Assembly: GCA_012837615.1 (NCBI GenBank)
Contig: DUQX01000030.1
Span: 6,722-70,721, forward strand
Length of the DNA stretch: 64,000 nt
Direction of reading: 5' to 3'
DNA from: Bacillota bacterium
Lineage (GTDB): Bacteria; Bacillota; Dethiobacteria; DTU022; UBA8154
This document shows positions 22,831 to 33,473 of this stretch, piece after piece. Position numbers and translations under genes: made by a program. Position 1 is the stretch's first letter. Every line of letters begins with the position of its first letter. The notes under the pieces are model-generated. The model did no database searches. It had not been told where the DNA came from and worked only from the letters and a program-made list of their open reading frames with translations.

Positions 22831-23238
22831 ATGTTAAATAAGGTCATATTAATTGGCCGGTTAGTAAGGGATCCTGAATTAAGGTATACTCCTACGGAGG
22901 GAGTTGCAGTAGCAAATTTTACGCTGGCGGTCGACCGTTCGTATGTAAACCAGAAGGGCGAAAGGGAAGCGGATTTTATCAAGATTGTAACCTGGAGAAA
23001 ATTGGCAGAAACTTGTGCAAACAATCTCTCCAAAGGAAGGCTTGTAGCGGTTGATGGGCAGCTGCAGGTGCGATCTTATGAAGACAGAGAGGGGATTAAA
23101 CGAATAGCGGCAGAGGTAGTTGCCAGGGAAGTCCGTTTTCTTGATTCCCGTAAGGATAGTTATACAGGTTCAGAGAACAATTACGATGCCTTTGGCGATG
23201 TTGACTTGGACGTTAAAGATGAAGATGTTCCATTTTAG
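22831..23238 (+). CDS. ssb: Single-stranded DNA-binding protein
   Basis: OB-fold MLNKVILIGRLVRDPELRYTP. Acidic tail ending DEDVPF. Confidence 0.93.
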   Translation: MLNKVILIGRLVRDPELRYTPTEGVAVANFTLAVDRSYVNQKGEREADFIKIVTWRKLAETCANNLSKGRLVAVDGQLQVRSYEDREGIKRIAAEVVAREVRFLDSRKDSYTGSENNYDAFGDVDLDVKDEDVPF

Positions 23239-23407
23239 TAAAATTTGCAGATAAGGTTTGTATTTTAGAGAAAATCAGCGTAAGAAAAGTTTTTTGGTTA
23301 GCTCGAGCTTAGGGGCGATATTGGATATAGAACGATAATTGAAAAAGGAGGTAATGTTACTCTGCTCTCAGGTTTGTCTTATAACCTTTAAGCAGGGCTT
23401 TGTAAAT

Positions 23408-23635
23408 ATGCGTAAAGAAAAACGTAAAGGTAAAAAAAGAATCTGCAGCTTTTGTGTCGATAAAGTAGATTATATTGATTATAAACAAAGTGACAGATTG
23501 AGGCGCTTTATCACCGAAAGGGGAAAAATTTTACCCCGCCGCATTTCCGGGAATTGTGCCAAACACCAGCGCCAGCTTACCACGGCAATAAAAAGAGCCC
23601 GGCAGATGGCGCTTCTACCATATACCTCTGAGTAA
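23408..23635 (+). CDS. rpsR: 30S ribosomal protein S18
   Basis: The track starts at TTG 23339. The conserved protein begins at ATG 23408 ([16 protein letters not shown]...[32 protein letters not shown]). Confidence 0.9.
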   Translation: MRKEKRKGKKRICSFCVDKVDYIDYKQSDRLRRFITERGKILPRRISGNCAKHQRQLTTAIKRARQMALLPYTSE

Positions 23636-23807
23636 AAGAAGCAGCGGCGACTCTAAGCGTTAAACTAACCGGGTTGCCGCTTTTTAAATGAATAAAAAAA
23701 GATAAGATAACTTGAAGATACTGGCAGCAGTACCCGGAGCAGGAGTTTTTAGCGGGAAGGCGAATTCTTTTTAGAGCAAGCCTTGAACAATGGAAGGAGT
23801 TGAAAAG

Positions 23808-24254
23808 GTGAAAATCATATTAAGGAAGGATGTAGCAAATTTAGGTCAGGCGGGTGAGATCAAGGATGTGACTCCTGGTTATGCCCGCAATTATCTAATA
23901 CCCAAGGGGCTGGCCTTTGAAGCGACTCCGGGCAGGATTAAGGATATTGAAATGCATAAAGAATTCATGGATAAAAGAAATGCCCGGGAAATAGATGAGG
24001 CAAAGGTGTTGGCCGAAAAAGTTGCCGGAAAAGCAATTACCATTAAAGCAAAAGCCGGCGAAGAAGGGCGCTTGTTTGGATCAGTTACTTCGGCCGATAT
24101 ATGCCAAGCGTTGTCTGCTGAGGGTATAAATGTCGATAAAAGGAAAATTGAACTTGAAGAACAAATCAAATCGCTCGGCAGCTATAGTGTACAGGTTAAG
24201 TTTCATCCCCAGGTAGTTGCTACAATTGATGTTAATGTAGAAGCGTTAGAGTAA
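23808..24254 (+). CDS. rplI: 50S ribosomal protein L9
   Basis: GTG 23808 follows GGAGG with an 8-nt spacer. The track starts at ATG 23790. N-terminus VKIILRKDVANLGQAGEIKDV. Confidence 0.88.
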   Translation: MKIILRKDVANLGQAGEIKDVTPGYARNYLIPKGLAFEATPGRIKDIEMHKEFMDKRNAREIDEAKVLAEKVAGKAITIKAKAGEEGRLFGSVTSADICQALSAEGINVDKRKIELEEQIKSLGSYSVQVKFHPQVVATIDVNVEALE

Positions 24255-24360
24255 ATAAGGAGCAAATGCTAAGCAATAGATTTGGCATAGAGATAGATAG
24301 CAGGAAAGGAGACTGCAGGCAAGCTATATTGAATGCGGAAGTCCTGCCTGTAATATTGTA

Positions 24361-26283
24361 ATGAACTATATACAGAAAAAAACTTACAAGTTGATTTCCG
24401 GTAGTGAGGGGCTTAGAAAAAGGATCAATGCATTTTATGAACTGTTAAAAAATATCTATGGTACCGATAAACTAATTCTGAAAGCAACGAAGCTCGACGC
24501 CCTTTCTTGCATGCGCTCAAAAAAGCTGGGGAAAAAAGTGCTCGGTCTTCAAAAGATTATATTTGAAGATCCTACGCTGGATAGGATTCCCGATCTGGTG
24601 TCGATCCCTTCTATATTGGAAGATTTGGAAGAGAAAGCGGCGGATATTCTGGCAAGGCGTACTCTGCAGGAGTCGATGGAACAGAAAATTAACTTCAAGC
24701 TGCAGCAGCGACATGAGGATTATATCAAGGATGTTAAGATGCAGCTTTTAAAAGAGGAGGCCGGGCCGGAGAATCCGCAAACTTTAAAAAAATATGCCTT
24801 ACTGGAAAAGATGCACTCCGTTAGCCTGTCCCGTTCGGCAATGGAATATTTAAGGCCTTCCTCACTGGATGAGGTAATAGGCCAGAAACGGGGTATAAGG
24901 TCTTTAATGTCAAAAATAGCCTCCCCCTTTCCCCAGCATATTCTCATCTACGGCCCACCGGGAGTAGGAAAGACAGCTGCGGCGCGTTTGGCGCTGGAAG
25001 CAGCAAAAAGAATGCCCCACACTCCTTTTAGTGAGGATGCGCCATTTGTAGAGGTAGATGCAACAACTTTGCGCTGGGATCCGAGGGAAACAACAAATCC
25101 TCTTTTAGGGTCGGTGCACGATCCGATTTACCAGGGAGCCAGAAGAGAGCTGAGCGAGGGGGGTATTCCGGAGCCAAAAACCGGGCTTGTTACGGAAGCG
25201 CATACAGGGGTGCTGTTTATCGACGAGATCGGGGAGATGGATATCCATCTCCAAAGCAAGCTCCTCAAAGTGCTTGAAGACAAAAAAGTTTTTTTTGATT
25301 CTGCTTATTATGATCCGACGGATCCCCAAGTGCCGAAGTATATACGAAAATATTTTGAAGAAGGAGCCCCGGCTGATTTTATTTTAATCGGTGCCACAAC
25401 CAGGGCCCCGATGGATATATCACCCGCCCTGAGATCAAGGTGCAGTGCGGTGTATTTCGAGCCGCTCTCTCCTGATGACATTAAAAAAATAGTTGATAAT
25501 GCCGCATTAAAGCTGGGCGTGGTTTTAACCGATGAAGTCAGGGAGATAATTTCTTGCTATACCAGCGAGGGCAGGGGGGCTATTAATCTGTTGGCTGATG
25601 CATATGGTCTGGTTCTTTATAATTCCGTAGAAAAAGGTCTTCCAAATCCCCGGGAGAAAAAAATAACTATTGACGGTGAAATCATAAAAGAGGTTCTACA
25701 AAGCAACCGCCTGGTCCCTTTAACTCAGCCGAAAAGCACAGCTCAACCAATGGTGGGAAAAATATATGGGCTGGCAGCTGCAGGGTTTTTGGGTTCAATT
25801 CTGGAGATCGAAGCTGTGTCTTTTCCGGCCGCTGAACCGGGCAAAGGGAAGATCCGTTTTAACGAAGCGGCGGGAAAAATGGCTCGAGATTCTGTTTTTA
25901 ATGCGGCTACTGTTTTAAGGAAAATCAGCGGCTTTGATGTAAGTGAATACGATTTGCACATTAATGTGGTTGGCGGGGCCAATATTGAAGGTCCTTCCGC
26001 CGGAACAGCATTATTTTTAGCGCTCTATAGCGCTATAAAAAAGGTTCCTCTGCGCCAGGATATTGCGGTAAGCGGCGAGCTATCCCTGCAGGGTAAGATT
26101 AAACCTGTCGGCGGGCTGACGGAAAAGCTATACGGAGCCCGGATTGCGGGTATTAAAGAAGTATTTTTGCCTAAAGAAAATATATTAGAGCTTCCTTCAT
26201 CGTTTAAGGAAATAAAAATTAATTATGTGGACTGCGTGGAAGAAATCATTCCACTTGTCCTTTTTGGGGAGAATGGAAGATGA
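24361..26283 (+). CDS. Lon-family ATP-dependent protease of the sporeformer LonC type (AAA+ module plus S16 peptidase), linked to dnaB
   Basis: 640 aa. Walker A GPPGVGKTAAA. Lon protease catalytic Ser in IEGPSAGTALFLALYS and Lys in LSLQGKIKPVGG. The stop overlaps the dnaB start in an ATGA. Confidence 0.8.
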   Translation: MNYIQKKTYKLISGSEGLRKRINAFYELLKNIYGTDKLILKATKLDALSCMRSKKLGKKVLGLQKIIFEDPTLDRIPDLVSIPSILEDLEEKAADILARRTLQESMEQKINFKLQQRHEDYIKDVKMQLLKEEAGPENPQTLKKYALLEKMHSVSLSRSAMEYLRPSSLDEVIGQKRGIRSLMSKIASPFPQHILIYGPPGVGKTAAARLALEAAKRMPHTPFSEDAPFVEVDATTLRWDPRETTNPLLGSVHDPIYQGARRELSEGGIPEPKTGLVTEAHTGVLFIDEIGEMDIHLQSKLLKVLEDKKVFFDSAYYDPTDPQVPKYIRKYFEEGAPADFILIGATTRAPMDISPALRSRCSAVYFEPLSPDDIKKIVDNAALKLGVVLTDEVREIISCYTSEGRGAINLLADAYGLVLYNSVEKGLPNPREKKITIDGEIIKEVLQSNRLVPLTQPKSTAQPMVGKIYGLAAAGFLGSILEIEAVSFPAAEPGKGKIRFNEAAGKMARDSVFNAATVLRKISGFDVSEYDLHINVVGGANIEGPSAGTALFLALYSAIKKVPLRQDIAVSGELSLQGKIKPVGGLTEKLYGARIAGIKEVFLPKENILELPSSFKEIKINYVDCVEEIIPLVLFGENGR

Positions 26284-27647
26284 AGGATATAGCCCAACGT
26301 TTACCTCCGCAGAATATAGAGGCTGAGCAATCTGTGCTCGGTTCGATGCTTATCGATAAAGATGCTCTGTTCGAAGCAGCCGAAATACTAAATGTTGAAG
26401 ATTTCTACCGGGAAGTTCACCAGAAAATATTTGAGTCGATTACGGCTCTCTCCAATAAGGGAGAGCCGGTAGATCTGGTCACGGTTTGTGAAGATCTGCA
26501 AAGTAGAGGTTTGCTGGATAGAGTTGGAGGGGCTTCCTATATCGCCTCTCTGGCAAATATGACCCCCACGGCAGCGCATGCGGCTCAATATGCCAATATT
26601 GTGAGGGAAAAATCTATACTCCGCCGTCTGATACATACATCTACCGAGATTGTAGGGAAATGCTACGGGCATGTAGAAAACATTGAGGAGTTTTTAGACG
26701 AAGCAGAAAGGGCAATATTCGAAGTTGCCAGGAGTAAAGACAACAAAAATTTTATCCATCTCAAAGACGCGCTGGAACAAACATTTGAACGCCTGGAAAG
26801 GCTTTATGAAAGGAAAAGCGGTGTCACCGGCCTATCGACAGGATTTGTTGATCTGGATAACATCACCTCCGGATTGCAGGATTCCGACCTTATAATTATT
26901 GCCGCCCGTCCCAGTATGGGTAAAACCACACTTGCACTGAATATAGCGCATCATATTGTCGTTCATGAGAAAAAACCGGTCGCCTTTTTCAGTCTGGAGA
27001 TGTCGCGTGAACAACTGGCCCAGAGGCTGCTCTGTGCATACGCAGAGATAGATTCCCAAAAGCTGCGCAGGGGTTTTCTTTCCCCGGAGGAGTGGCCGCG
27101 GCTAACACAGGCGGTTGGCCCACTTTCCGAAGCTCCGCTGTATATCGATGACACGGCGGCGATTTCAGTAATGGAAATGAGAGCCAAGTCCCGCCGGCTG
27201 AAAAGGGAAAAAGGTCTTTCGGCTATTTTTGTAGATTATTTACAACTGATGCGGGGACATGAAAAAGTTGAAAACAGGCAGCAGGAGATATCCAACATCT
27301 CCCGCTCGCTAAAAGCATTGGCCAAGGAATTAAATTGTCCGGTAGTAGCCCTTTCTCAGCTGAGCAGGGCGGTAGAACAACGTCCTGATAAGCGTCCGAT
27401 ATTAAGCGATTTATTGGAATCGGGCGGGATTGAGGCGAATGCCGATTTAGTTGCTTTCATTTATAGAGATGACTATTACCATCCGGAGACTGAAAATAAG
27501 CATATCGCCGAAATTGTGATTGCCAAGCAGAGAAACGGTCCTATTGGAAAAATTGAACTTTACTTTAGGGATCATTTAAATAAATTTGTCAATATTGCTT
27601 ACTCGGGAAAGCAAGGACAGCAAGGGGAGGGTATAGGTTCTGGATGA
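26280..27647 (+). CDS. dnaB: Replicative DNA helicase (DnaB family; named DnaC in Bacillus)
   Basis: 455 aa. N-terminal NIEAEQSVLGSML. RecA-like core with Walker A ARPSMGKTT. Confidence 0.95.
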   Translation: MKDIAQRLPPQNIEAEQSVLGSMLIDKDALFEAAEILNVEDFYREVHQKIFESITALSNKGEPVDLVTVCEDLQSRGLLDRVGGASYIASLANMTPTAAHAAQYANIVREKSILRRLIHTSTEIVGKCYGHVENIEEFLDEAERAIFEVARSKDNKNFIHLKDALEQTFERLERLYERKSGVTGLSTGFVDLDNITSGLQDSDLIIIAARPSMGKTTLALNIAHHIVVHEKKPVAFFSLEMSREQLAQRLLCAYAEIDSQKLRRGFLSPEEWPRLTQAVGPLSEAPLYIDDTAAISVMEMRAKSRRLKREKGLSAIFVDYLQLMRGHEKVENRQQEISNISRSLKALAKELNCPVVALSQLSRAVEQRPDKRPILSDLLESGGIEANADLVAFIYRDDYYHPETENKHIAEIVIAKQRNGPIGKIELYFRDHLNKFVNIAYSGKQGQQGEGIGSG

Positions 27648-28031
27648 GGTAGCAGGCGGCTGCCTGCCTTAACTTTGTATCCTTTCCCTGTTTTATTAGC
27701 AATAACCATATTAATTAGGTTAGTGAATTGGAATACTAACTTGAAACAAAGTAAATATATTCGATATTAGTGCCGCAGCAGGGCTGCAACATGAGTTTTT
27801 TGAATTTTCATCCCTTTGAACAATGCGCCGCGGATTCTCATATACTGTAAGAAACATTTATTTTTATATATTCCAAGAAAAAAATATAACATTTTTAAAA
27901 AATTAGCAGGAATTTCCCTCCCGAGCACGAAATTATATTAAATTATTAAGAGATCTTAACAAACTTAATAATTTATAACATTCTTCTGCAACAACGAACA
28001 TATAATTCGTGTCGGTAAGGAGGGCTTTTTA

Positions 28032-29423
28032 ATGAATTTTTTATTACCTAAGGTAAAGAAGTATATTAGACATGCCGGGGAACCGTGGTGTGCTTATATT
28101 TTATTTTTCATTTTCAGCGTTGTCCCTCTCTGGGGTGCCTTACAGTATAATGCCCAGCAGACGGGATTTTTTTATGCTGTATATGTCGATGGTGAAGAAG
28201 TAGGGTTGCTGGCAGAAGAGGAAGAGCTTGAAGAAATGTTAATAGCGCTGCGGGAAGAAGCGGAGATGTACTATGAAAGGCCTGTAGTTCCGGTAGAATC
28301 TGTTACTGTTGAGGAAGTGTATCGTTCCCGGGAAGAGCCAAACGAAGATAAGGTTTTTTCACTTTTACGCTATATGTTAAGCTACAAGGTAGATTCCAGG
28401 ATGATCACTGTTAATGGAAAAGATGTCTATCCTGTAGCTACGGCAGAGGATGTGGATAAGGTTATAGAGCTGGTACAGGGCGCCTTTGTAACCAATGACG
28501 AGAAGGTTTCTTTGCAGGAAGTTCAAATGGAAGAAAAAATCTCGAGCAGGGAATATTATGCTTACCCGGAGGAACTTTATGATGCAGAAGCAGTGGCCGC
28601 TATTCTTTTAAAGGGGACGGATGAAAAAAAGGTCTACCTTGTTTCCCGGGGCGATTCCCTTTGGGAAATCGCCAGCAATTACAATCTTTCCGTGGATAAG
28701 CTGAAGGAGGCGAATCCACAGATAGAAGGTGATTTAATCAGGGAAGGGGATGAGATAAGCCTTATTGTCCCGGAACCGATGGTTAATGTTATTACCGTAG
28801 AACGCATGGTAAAAGAAGAGAATATTCCCTTTAAAACGGAGTATGTTTATGATAACAGTAAGTGGAGAACGCAATCTAATGTAATTGAAGAGGGCGTTTT
28901 GGGACGTAAGGAAGTGGTTTATCAGATAACCCGTGAAAACGGTGAGGAAATAGATCGCCAGATAATCAGTGAAACCGTGATCAAGGAACCTAAAAATCGT
29001 TTGGTTGCTACTGGAACTGCTAATATACCCTCTAAAGGTACAGGAAGTTTTATTTGGCCGGTAGATGGCGGGGGCAGAATTTCTTCAGGTTATGGATGGC
29101 GCAGCGGGGGGTTTCATGCCGGTTTAGATATTGCTGCCCCGACGGGGACACCTGTGTTGGCTTCTGATAGCGGGGTTGTTGTTTTCTCCGGCTGGGATGG
29201 GGGGTATGGAAACGCGGTAGTGATTTTCCACGGGCATTACTACACCCGTTACGCTCATAATTCTCGCAACCTGGTAAAAAAAGGTCAGGCGGTTAATAAG
29301 GGGCAGGTTATTGCCCATGTAGGATCAACAGGAATGAGTACAGGATCACACCTGCATTTTGAAATAAGAACGGGCAGCATGTACGGGTCGACATTAAATC
29401 CGTTGAATTTCTTTAGTCCCTAA
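28032..29423 (+). CDS. Membrane-anchored M23 metallopeptidase with a LysM domain
   Basis: 463 aa. N-terminal TM segment. LysM YLVSRGDSLWEIASNYNLSVDKLKEAN. C-terminal M23 motifs HAGLDIA and GSTGMSTGSHLHFEI. Confidence 0.8.
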   Translation: MNFLLPKVKKYIRHAGEPWCAYILFFIFSVVPLWGALQYNAQQTGFFYAVYVDGEEVGLLAEEEELEEMLIALREEAEMYYERPVVPVESVTVEEVYRSREEPNEDKVFSLLRYMLSYKVDSRMITVNGKDVYPVATAEDVDKVIELVQGAFVTNDEKVSLQEVQMEEKISSREYYAYPEELYDAEAVAAILLKGTDEKKVYLVSRGDSLWEIASNYNLSVDKLKEANPQIEGDLIREGDEISLIVPEPMVNVITVERMVKEENIPFKTEYVYDNSKWRTQSNVIEEGVLGRKEVVYQITRENGEEIDRQIISETVIKEPKNRLVATGTANIPSKGTGSFIWPVDGGGRISSGYGWRSGGFHAGLDIAAPTGTPVLASDSGVVVFSGWDGGYGNAVVIFHGHYYTRYAHNSRNLVKKGQAVNKGQVIAHVGSTGMSTGSHLHFEIRTGSMYGSTLNPLNFFSP

Positions 29424-29463
29424 GAGAAATAGGTGTCACATTATGATATATCATATGTCTTGA

Positions 29464-29496
29464 AAATCGTGGCCTTAAGGCCACGATTTTTTTTTG
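29464..29496 (+). terminator. Intrinsic terminator
   Basis: AAATCGTGGCC-TTAA-GGCCACGATTT is a perfect 11-bp stem, followed by T6 at 29490-29495. Confidence 0.8.
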
Positions 29497-29552
29497 AAGA
29501 AGGAGTTTAAAATGCTGTAAACGAATTAATATGGAAACGGGGGGGTAGCTCA

Positions 29553-30239
29553 TTGAACGGGAAAATATTGATTGTTGATGATGAAAAGCCCATTGCTGAT
29601 ATATTGAAATATAATCTTGAAGAAGAAGGTTTTCAGGTATTGGTAGCCTATGACGGGGAAGAGGCGCTGCGCCTGGCTTTTGAGGAACAGCCGGATATTA
29701 TTTTGCTCGATATTATGCTTCCCATTATCGACGGATTTAGCGTGTGTAAGAAAATACGTCAAAAAATGAATGTACCGATTATTATGCTTACTGCCAAAGA
29801 AACCGAAGTTGATAAGGTTCTGGGGTTAGAGCTCGGTGCAGATGATTATGTTACTAAACCCTTTAGCGTCAGGGAGCTTATTGCCAGGATTAAAGCTATG
29901 CTCCGCCGTGTGAAAATGCAGAACAACCCGCAGGAAATCCTGCGGTGCGGTGAATTAACCCTGGATATTGGGAAAATGGAGTGCAAAAAAGGGGATAAAG
30001 AGATCGAGCTAACATACAGAGAGTTTACGGTGCTGTCCTTTTTGCTAAAAAACGCCGGTTATGTGTTCAGCCGGGGAAAGCTTTTGGATGAAGTGTGGGG
30101 TTATGATTTTATTGGCGATGTGAGGACAGTAGATGTTACTATAAGGCGCCTCAGGGAAAAAATTGAGGATGATCCCGGAAATCCGACCTATTTATGTACC
30201 AAACGGGGAGCCGGCTATTATTTGAGGAGGCCGGATTAA
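29553..30239 (+). CDS. walR: OmpR-family response regulator WalR/YycF
   Basis: TTG start after GGGGGGG. Receiver domain LIVDDEKPIADIL...DIILLDIMLP. Winged-helix C-terminus. Followed by walK, yycH and yycI. Confidence 0.85.
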   Translation: MNGKILIVDDEKPIADILKYNLEEEGFQVLVAYDGEEALRLAFEEQPDIILLDIMLPIIDGFSVCKKIRQKMNVPIIMLTAKETEVDKVLGLELGADDYVTKPFSVRELIARIKAMLRRVKMQNNPQEILRCGELTLDIGKMECKKGDKEIELTYREFTVLSFLLKNAGYVFSRGKLLDEVWGYDFIGDVRTVDVTIRRLREKIEDDPGNPTYLCTKRGAGYYLRRPD

Positions 30240-32026
30240 TGCGATTAGGAATGCAAGGGAAAATAGTTTTGCTCTATTCCCTGCTAATTCTGTTTGCCAT
30301 GCAGTTGAGCGGTGTTTATCTTGTTCGATCCCTTGAAAATTATTATTTACGCAATTACGCGAGCAGTCAGATAGCCCAGGGGGAGCTCTTGGGCAGCTTT
30401 ATTCGACGTTATCTGGTTGAAGAAGAGCAGCAGGGTGAACTCATCTCGACGCTCATAGCCGAATTCGGCGGTAATATTCAAGGAACTGAAACCATGGTGC
30501 TGGACCGTCACGGGCGCTTGCTGGGCGGTCCTGAGTCCAAGTCGTTTTCCTTATTGGGAGAGCGGGTGATTCAGGATGACATATTATTAGCCCTGAGCGG
30601 GAACAGAGTAGAAGCGATTCGGGCAGATCCAGAAACCGGAGCGCGTTATTATTTCCTTGCCCTGCCCGTAAAAAGTACATCATCCTCGGTGGTAGGGGTT
30701 GTTTTTTTAAGGGGCTCCCTGGAACATATTTACCTTACTTTGAAAGAAATAAAGATTATTCTTATTACCGGTTGGTTAATAGTGCTAGGCATTGCTGTTG
30801 TAATTGGCTTCCTGTTGACCAGAACGATTACTGCACCGATTAGAGAAGTAACATCGAGGGCAGCCGCAATGGCAGGAGGCGATTTTTCCCAGTTGATCGA
30901 GGTGCGCTCTCAGGATGAGATCGGCGAACTGGGAAGAATGTTCAATTTTTTAACAGCCAGGCTGCAGGAAACATTAAAGGAAATCTCTTCTGAGAAAAAC
31001 AAAGTCGAAGCGATTTTGAATTATATGACCGATGGCATTATAGCTTTGGACAGGGAAGGAAGGGCAATTCACCTTAATCCTGCGGCAAAGCAGATTTTAG
31101 AACGGTCAGGTAGTTCGGCAGAGCTGGGATTACCGGGAGAGATTATTCTCGGCAATCTTTTTAATTCAGAAGAGTTGTCTCATCTACTTCAACAGACCAG
31201 CCCCTCGATTAAAGAGGTTCAAGCAGGGGATGAAGGGGGAAAAATACTCCAAGTTTATTTTGCACCGTTTAAAGAGAACGGCAGTCCCCAGGGGATGCTG
31301 GTCGTCATGCACGATGTTACCAGAGAAAGAAAGTTTTCTCGCCTGCAACAGGAATTCGTGGCCAATGTGTCCCATGAGTTAAGAACCCCGCTAACAACCA
31401 TTAAGAATTATGTAGAGACCCTCTTAAACGGTGCACAGGATGATCCGGGAGTTCGTTTGCGCTTTCTTGAAGTGGTTGATAAAGAGACAGACCGTATGGT
31501 AAAACTGGTAAAAGATCTTTTGGTTCTTTCTCAAATGGATTACCAGGAAACAAACTGGCCAAAAGAAGAATCCGATATTGTCTCCTTGGTACGTGAAGTA
31601 TTGGAACAAGTGGAGCTGGAGTGCCGGGCAAAAAATATTTACCTCCACAATTCATTGCCACCAGGGGATATAGCTGTTCTGATAAACAAAGATAAAATAC
31701 GCCAGGTGCTGCTTAATTTGCTGGACAACGCAATTAAGTATACTCCGAATGATGGAAGAATAAATGTAAGCGTTATCATAAAATACGATTATGTCTGGAT
31801 AACTGTAAAGGATACTGGGATAGGGATACCAGAGGAGGAAGTGGAAAGGGTATTTGATAGGTTTTTCCGGGTGGATAAAACCAGATCCAGGGACTCAGGC
31901 GGGACCGGGCTGGGCCTTTCTATAGCAAAGCAGATTGTGGAAGCACACGGCGGATCAATATTATTGAAGAGTAAACTGGACAAGGGAACTGAGGTTACAT
32001 TCAGCCTGCCCCTGCCAAGCATCTAA
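30239..32026 (+). CDS. walK: Sensor histidine kinase WalK/YycG
   Basis: ATG 30239 overlaps the walR stop (TAATG) and follows GAGGAGG. Two TM segments, a HAMP domain, a PAS domain, HisKA box SHELRTPLT, and an HATPase domain with GTGLGLSIAK. Confidence 0.85.
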   Translation: MRLGMQGKIVLLYSLLILFAMQLSGVYLVRSLENYYLRNYASSQIAQGELLGSFIRRYLVEEEQQGELISTLIAEFGGNIQGTETMVLDRHGRLLGGPESKSFSLLGERVIQDDILLALSGNRVEAIRADPETGARYYFLALPVKSTSSSVVGVVFLRGSLEHIYLTLKEIKIILITGWLIVLGIAVVIGFLLTRTITAPIREVTSRAAAMAGGDFSQLIEVRSQDEIGELGRMFNFLTARLQETLKEISSEKNKVEAILNYMTDGIIALDREGRAIHLNPAAKQILERSGSSAELGLPGEIILGNLFNSEELSHLLQQTSPSIKEVQAGDEGGKILQVYFAPFKENGSPQGMLVVMHDVTRERKFSRLQQEFVANVSHELRTPLTTIKNYVETLLNGAQDDPGVRLRFLEVVDKETDRMVKLVKDLLVLSQMDYQETNWPKEESDIVSLVREVLEQVELECRAKNIYLHNSLPPGDIAVLINKDKIRQVLLNLLDNAIKYTPNDGRINVSVIIKYDYVWITVKDTGIGIPEEEVERVFDRFFRVDKTRSRDSGGTGLGLSIAKQIVEAHGGSILLKSKLDKGTEVTFSLPLPSI

Positions 32027-32030
32027 GGGA

Positions 32031-33473
32031 GTGCTCCGATTGTTCGAAAAAATTAAAAGCGGCATTCTTTTATTCTTGATCTTCTTAAGCATATTTTTAA
32101 CGTACAAGCTGTGGTTTGGCCAGCCTCCCCTGGAGGAGGAAACGGTACCCCATTATGAAGACATTTATTTCACTGTGCCGCCTTTGCCCTCAAGGATTAT
32201 CCTGCCTTCAAAGATTATTTACTGTGATGATAAGCAAGGGATACACTTTTTCCCGCGAGGCTGCAAGGGATTTGAGCAGCTGTGCAATAAAGGTCTTTCC
32301 ATAATAAAAGAAAAAGCAGATCTACAGAATGCGAAAAGAATAAGCATAAGCGATTTAGACGGCTTGATAACGACATTTTCCTCTAGGCTTGTTTATCATT
32401 TTGATCCTTCTATACCAATGGATTTTATTCTAGAGCCACCTGTTTTTGAAGAAATGCCCCTTGAGGAAGCTGTTTTTCTTTGGGATGAAGAGTCGCTATA
32501 TGTTGTTTTCCAAGGTGAGGAAAATTTGCTGTTACCCCTGGGCGGGGTTGATAATCTTAAAAAAGCTCTTCTTCCGGACTTTAATAAACCGCATCGGCTT
32601 TTACCCCCGTTGTTGGAACTGGATTTATCCCCCCGTGAGGGAAATGAAGGTGCCCCGGATAATGAAGGCACCCCGGATATTGAAGAAGAAGCAGGCGGCC
32701 AGGGCAATTTTATCGTCAATGAAGGAGAGGGCATAATTCAAAATGAAGGGCATTTGAGCTGGAAAATAGAGATAAAGGGCGATATTTATGTTCCTGAGGA
32801 AGATATTCTTGCAGCAGAAGTCAGTTTAAAAGAAGAAGAGATTGATCACGAACAATTTGTGAGAGCCTTTTTTATTGATTTATCCCTGGCAAGGCGTATT
32901 GAGGAGCGAGATGGGGCAATTTACTATACTGACGGGGAAAAGGGCCTTCGTATTTATGCATCGGGCCTGGTAGAGTTTGCGTTTCCTAGGTTGGAGCGCA
33001 ATTTAAGCGGTATTTCGTACAGCCTTGCCCTGCAGAAAGCTGCGGAGAGCCTGAGTTTGTACGGAGGATGGCCTCCGGGAATATATTTGGATAGAGTTGA
33101 TAATTTGGGTAGGGGCTACAGTTTATTGTGGGGCCCGGTTTCTGCGGGATTGGCTTTCAAAGGCGAACAAACAGGTTGCGAAATGGAGATAGATGAGCAG
33201 GGAGTATCTTATTACCGGAGAAATATTTATTCAATTGAAGAAGACGTTTCGGAAAGGAAGCCCTTTCGATCCTATGAGGAAGCCCTCTGGCGGGTATTGT
33301 CCCTTGAAAAGGAGCGCTTTCGGGAAAAAAATCCTGTTTTGCTGTTATTAGAACCCGTTTATTATCTCCCCCCTTCCGGTGGAGTAGTTAAGAAAGCCAT
33401 ACCGGCATGGGCTGTTCGTTTTGAAGGGATGGAAGTAAAATATCTGCACTGGAACACCCTGGAACCGCTGTGA
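32031..33473 (+). CDS. yycH: YycH-like regulator of WalRK activity
   Basis: GTG start, or TTG at 32040. N-terminal TM segment MLRLFEKIKSGILLFLIFLSIFLTYKLW. Sits directly after walK. Contains an acidic low-complexity insert. Confidence 0.7.
   Translation: MLRLFEKIKSGILLFLIFLSIFLTYKLWFGQPPLEEETVPHYEDIYFTVPPLPSRIILPSKIIYCDDKQGIHFFPRGCKGFEQLCNKGLSIIKEKADLQNAKRISISDLDGLITTFSSRLVYHFDPSIPMDFILEPPVFEEMPLEEAVFLWDEESLYVVFQGEENLLLPLGGVDNLKKALLPDFNKPHRLLPPLLELDLSPREGNEGAPDNEGTPDIEEEAGGQGNFIVNEGEGIIQNEGHLSWKIEIKGDIYVPEEDILAAEVSLKEEEIDHEQFVRAFFIDLSLARRIEERDGAIYYTDGEKGLRIYASGLVEFAFPRLERNLSGISYSLALQKAAESLSLYGGWPPGIYLDRVDNLGRGYSLLWGPVSAGLAFKGEQTGCEMEIDEQGVSYYRRNIYSIEEDVSERKPFRSYEEALWRVLSLEKERFREKNPVLLLLEPVYYLPPSGGVVKKAIPAWAVRFEGMEVKYLHWNTLEPL

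Noticed and set aside
27648-28031. 384-bp dnaB / M23-peptidase intergenic region with a GC-rich hairpin GCAGGC-ggct-GCCTGC
   Set aside because: A 6-bp stem followed by only a loosely T-rich stretch. This is plausibly the dnaB terminator plus the peptidase promoter. Nothing beyond ordinary intergenic features.
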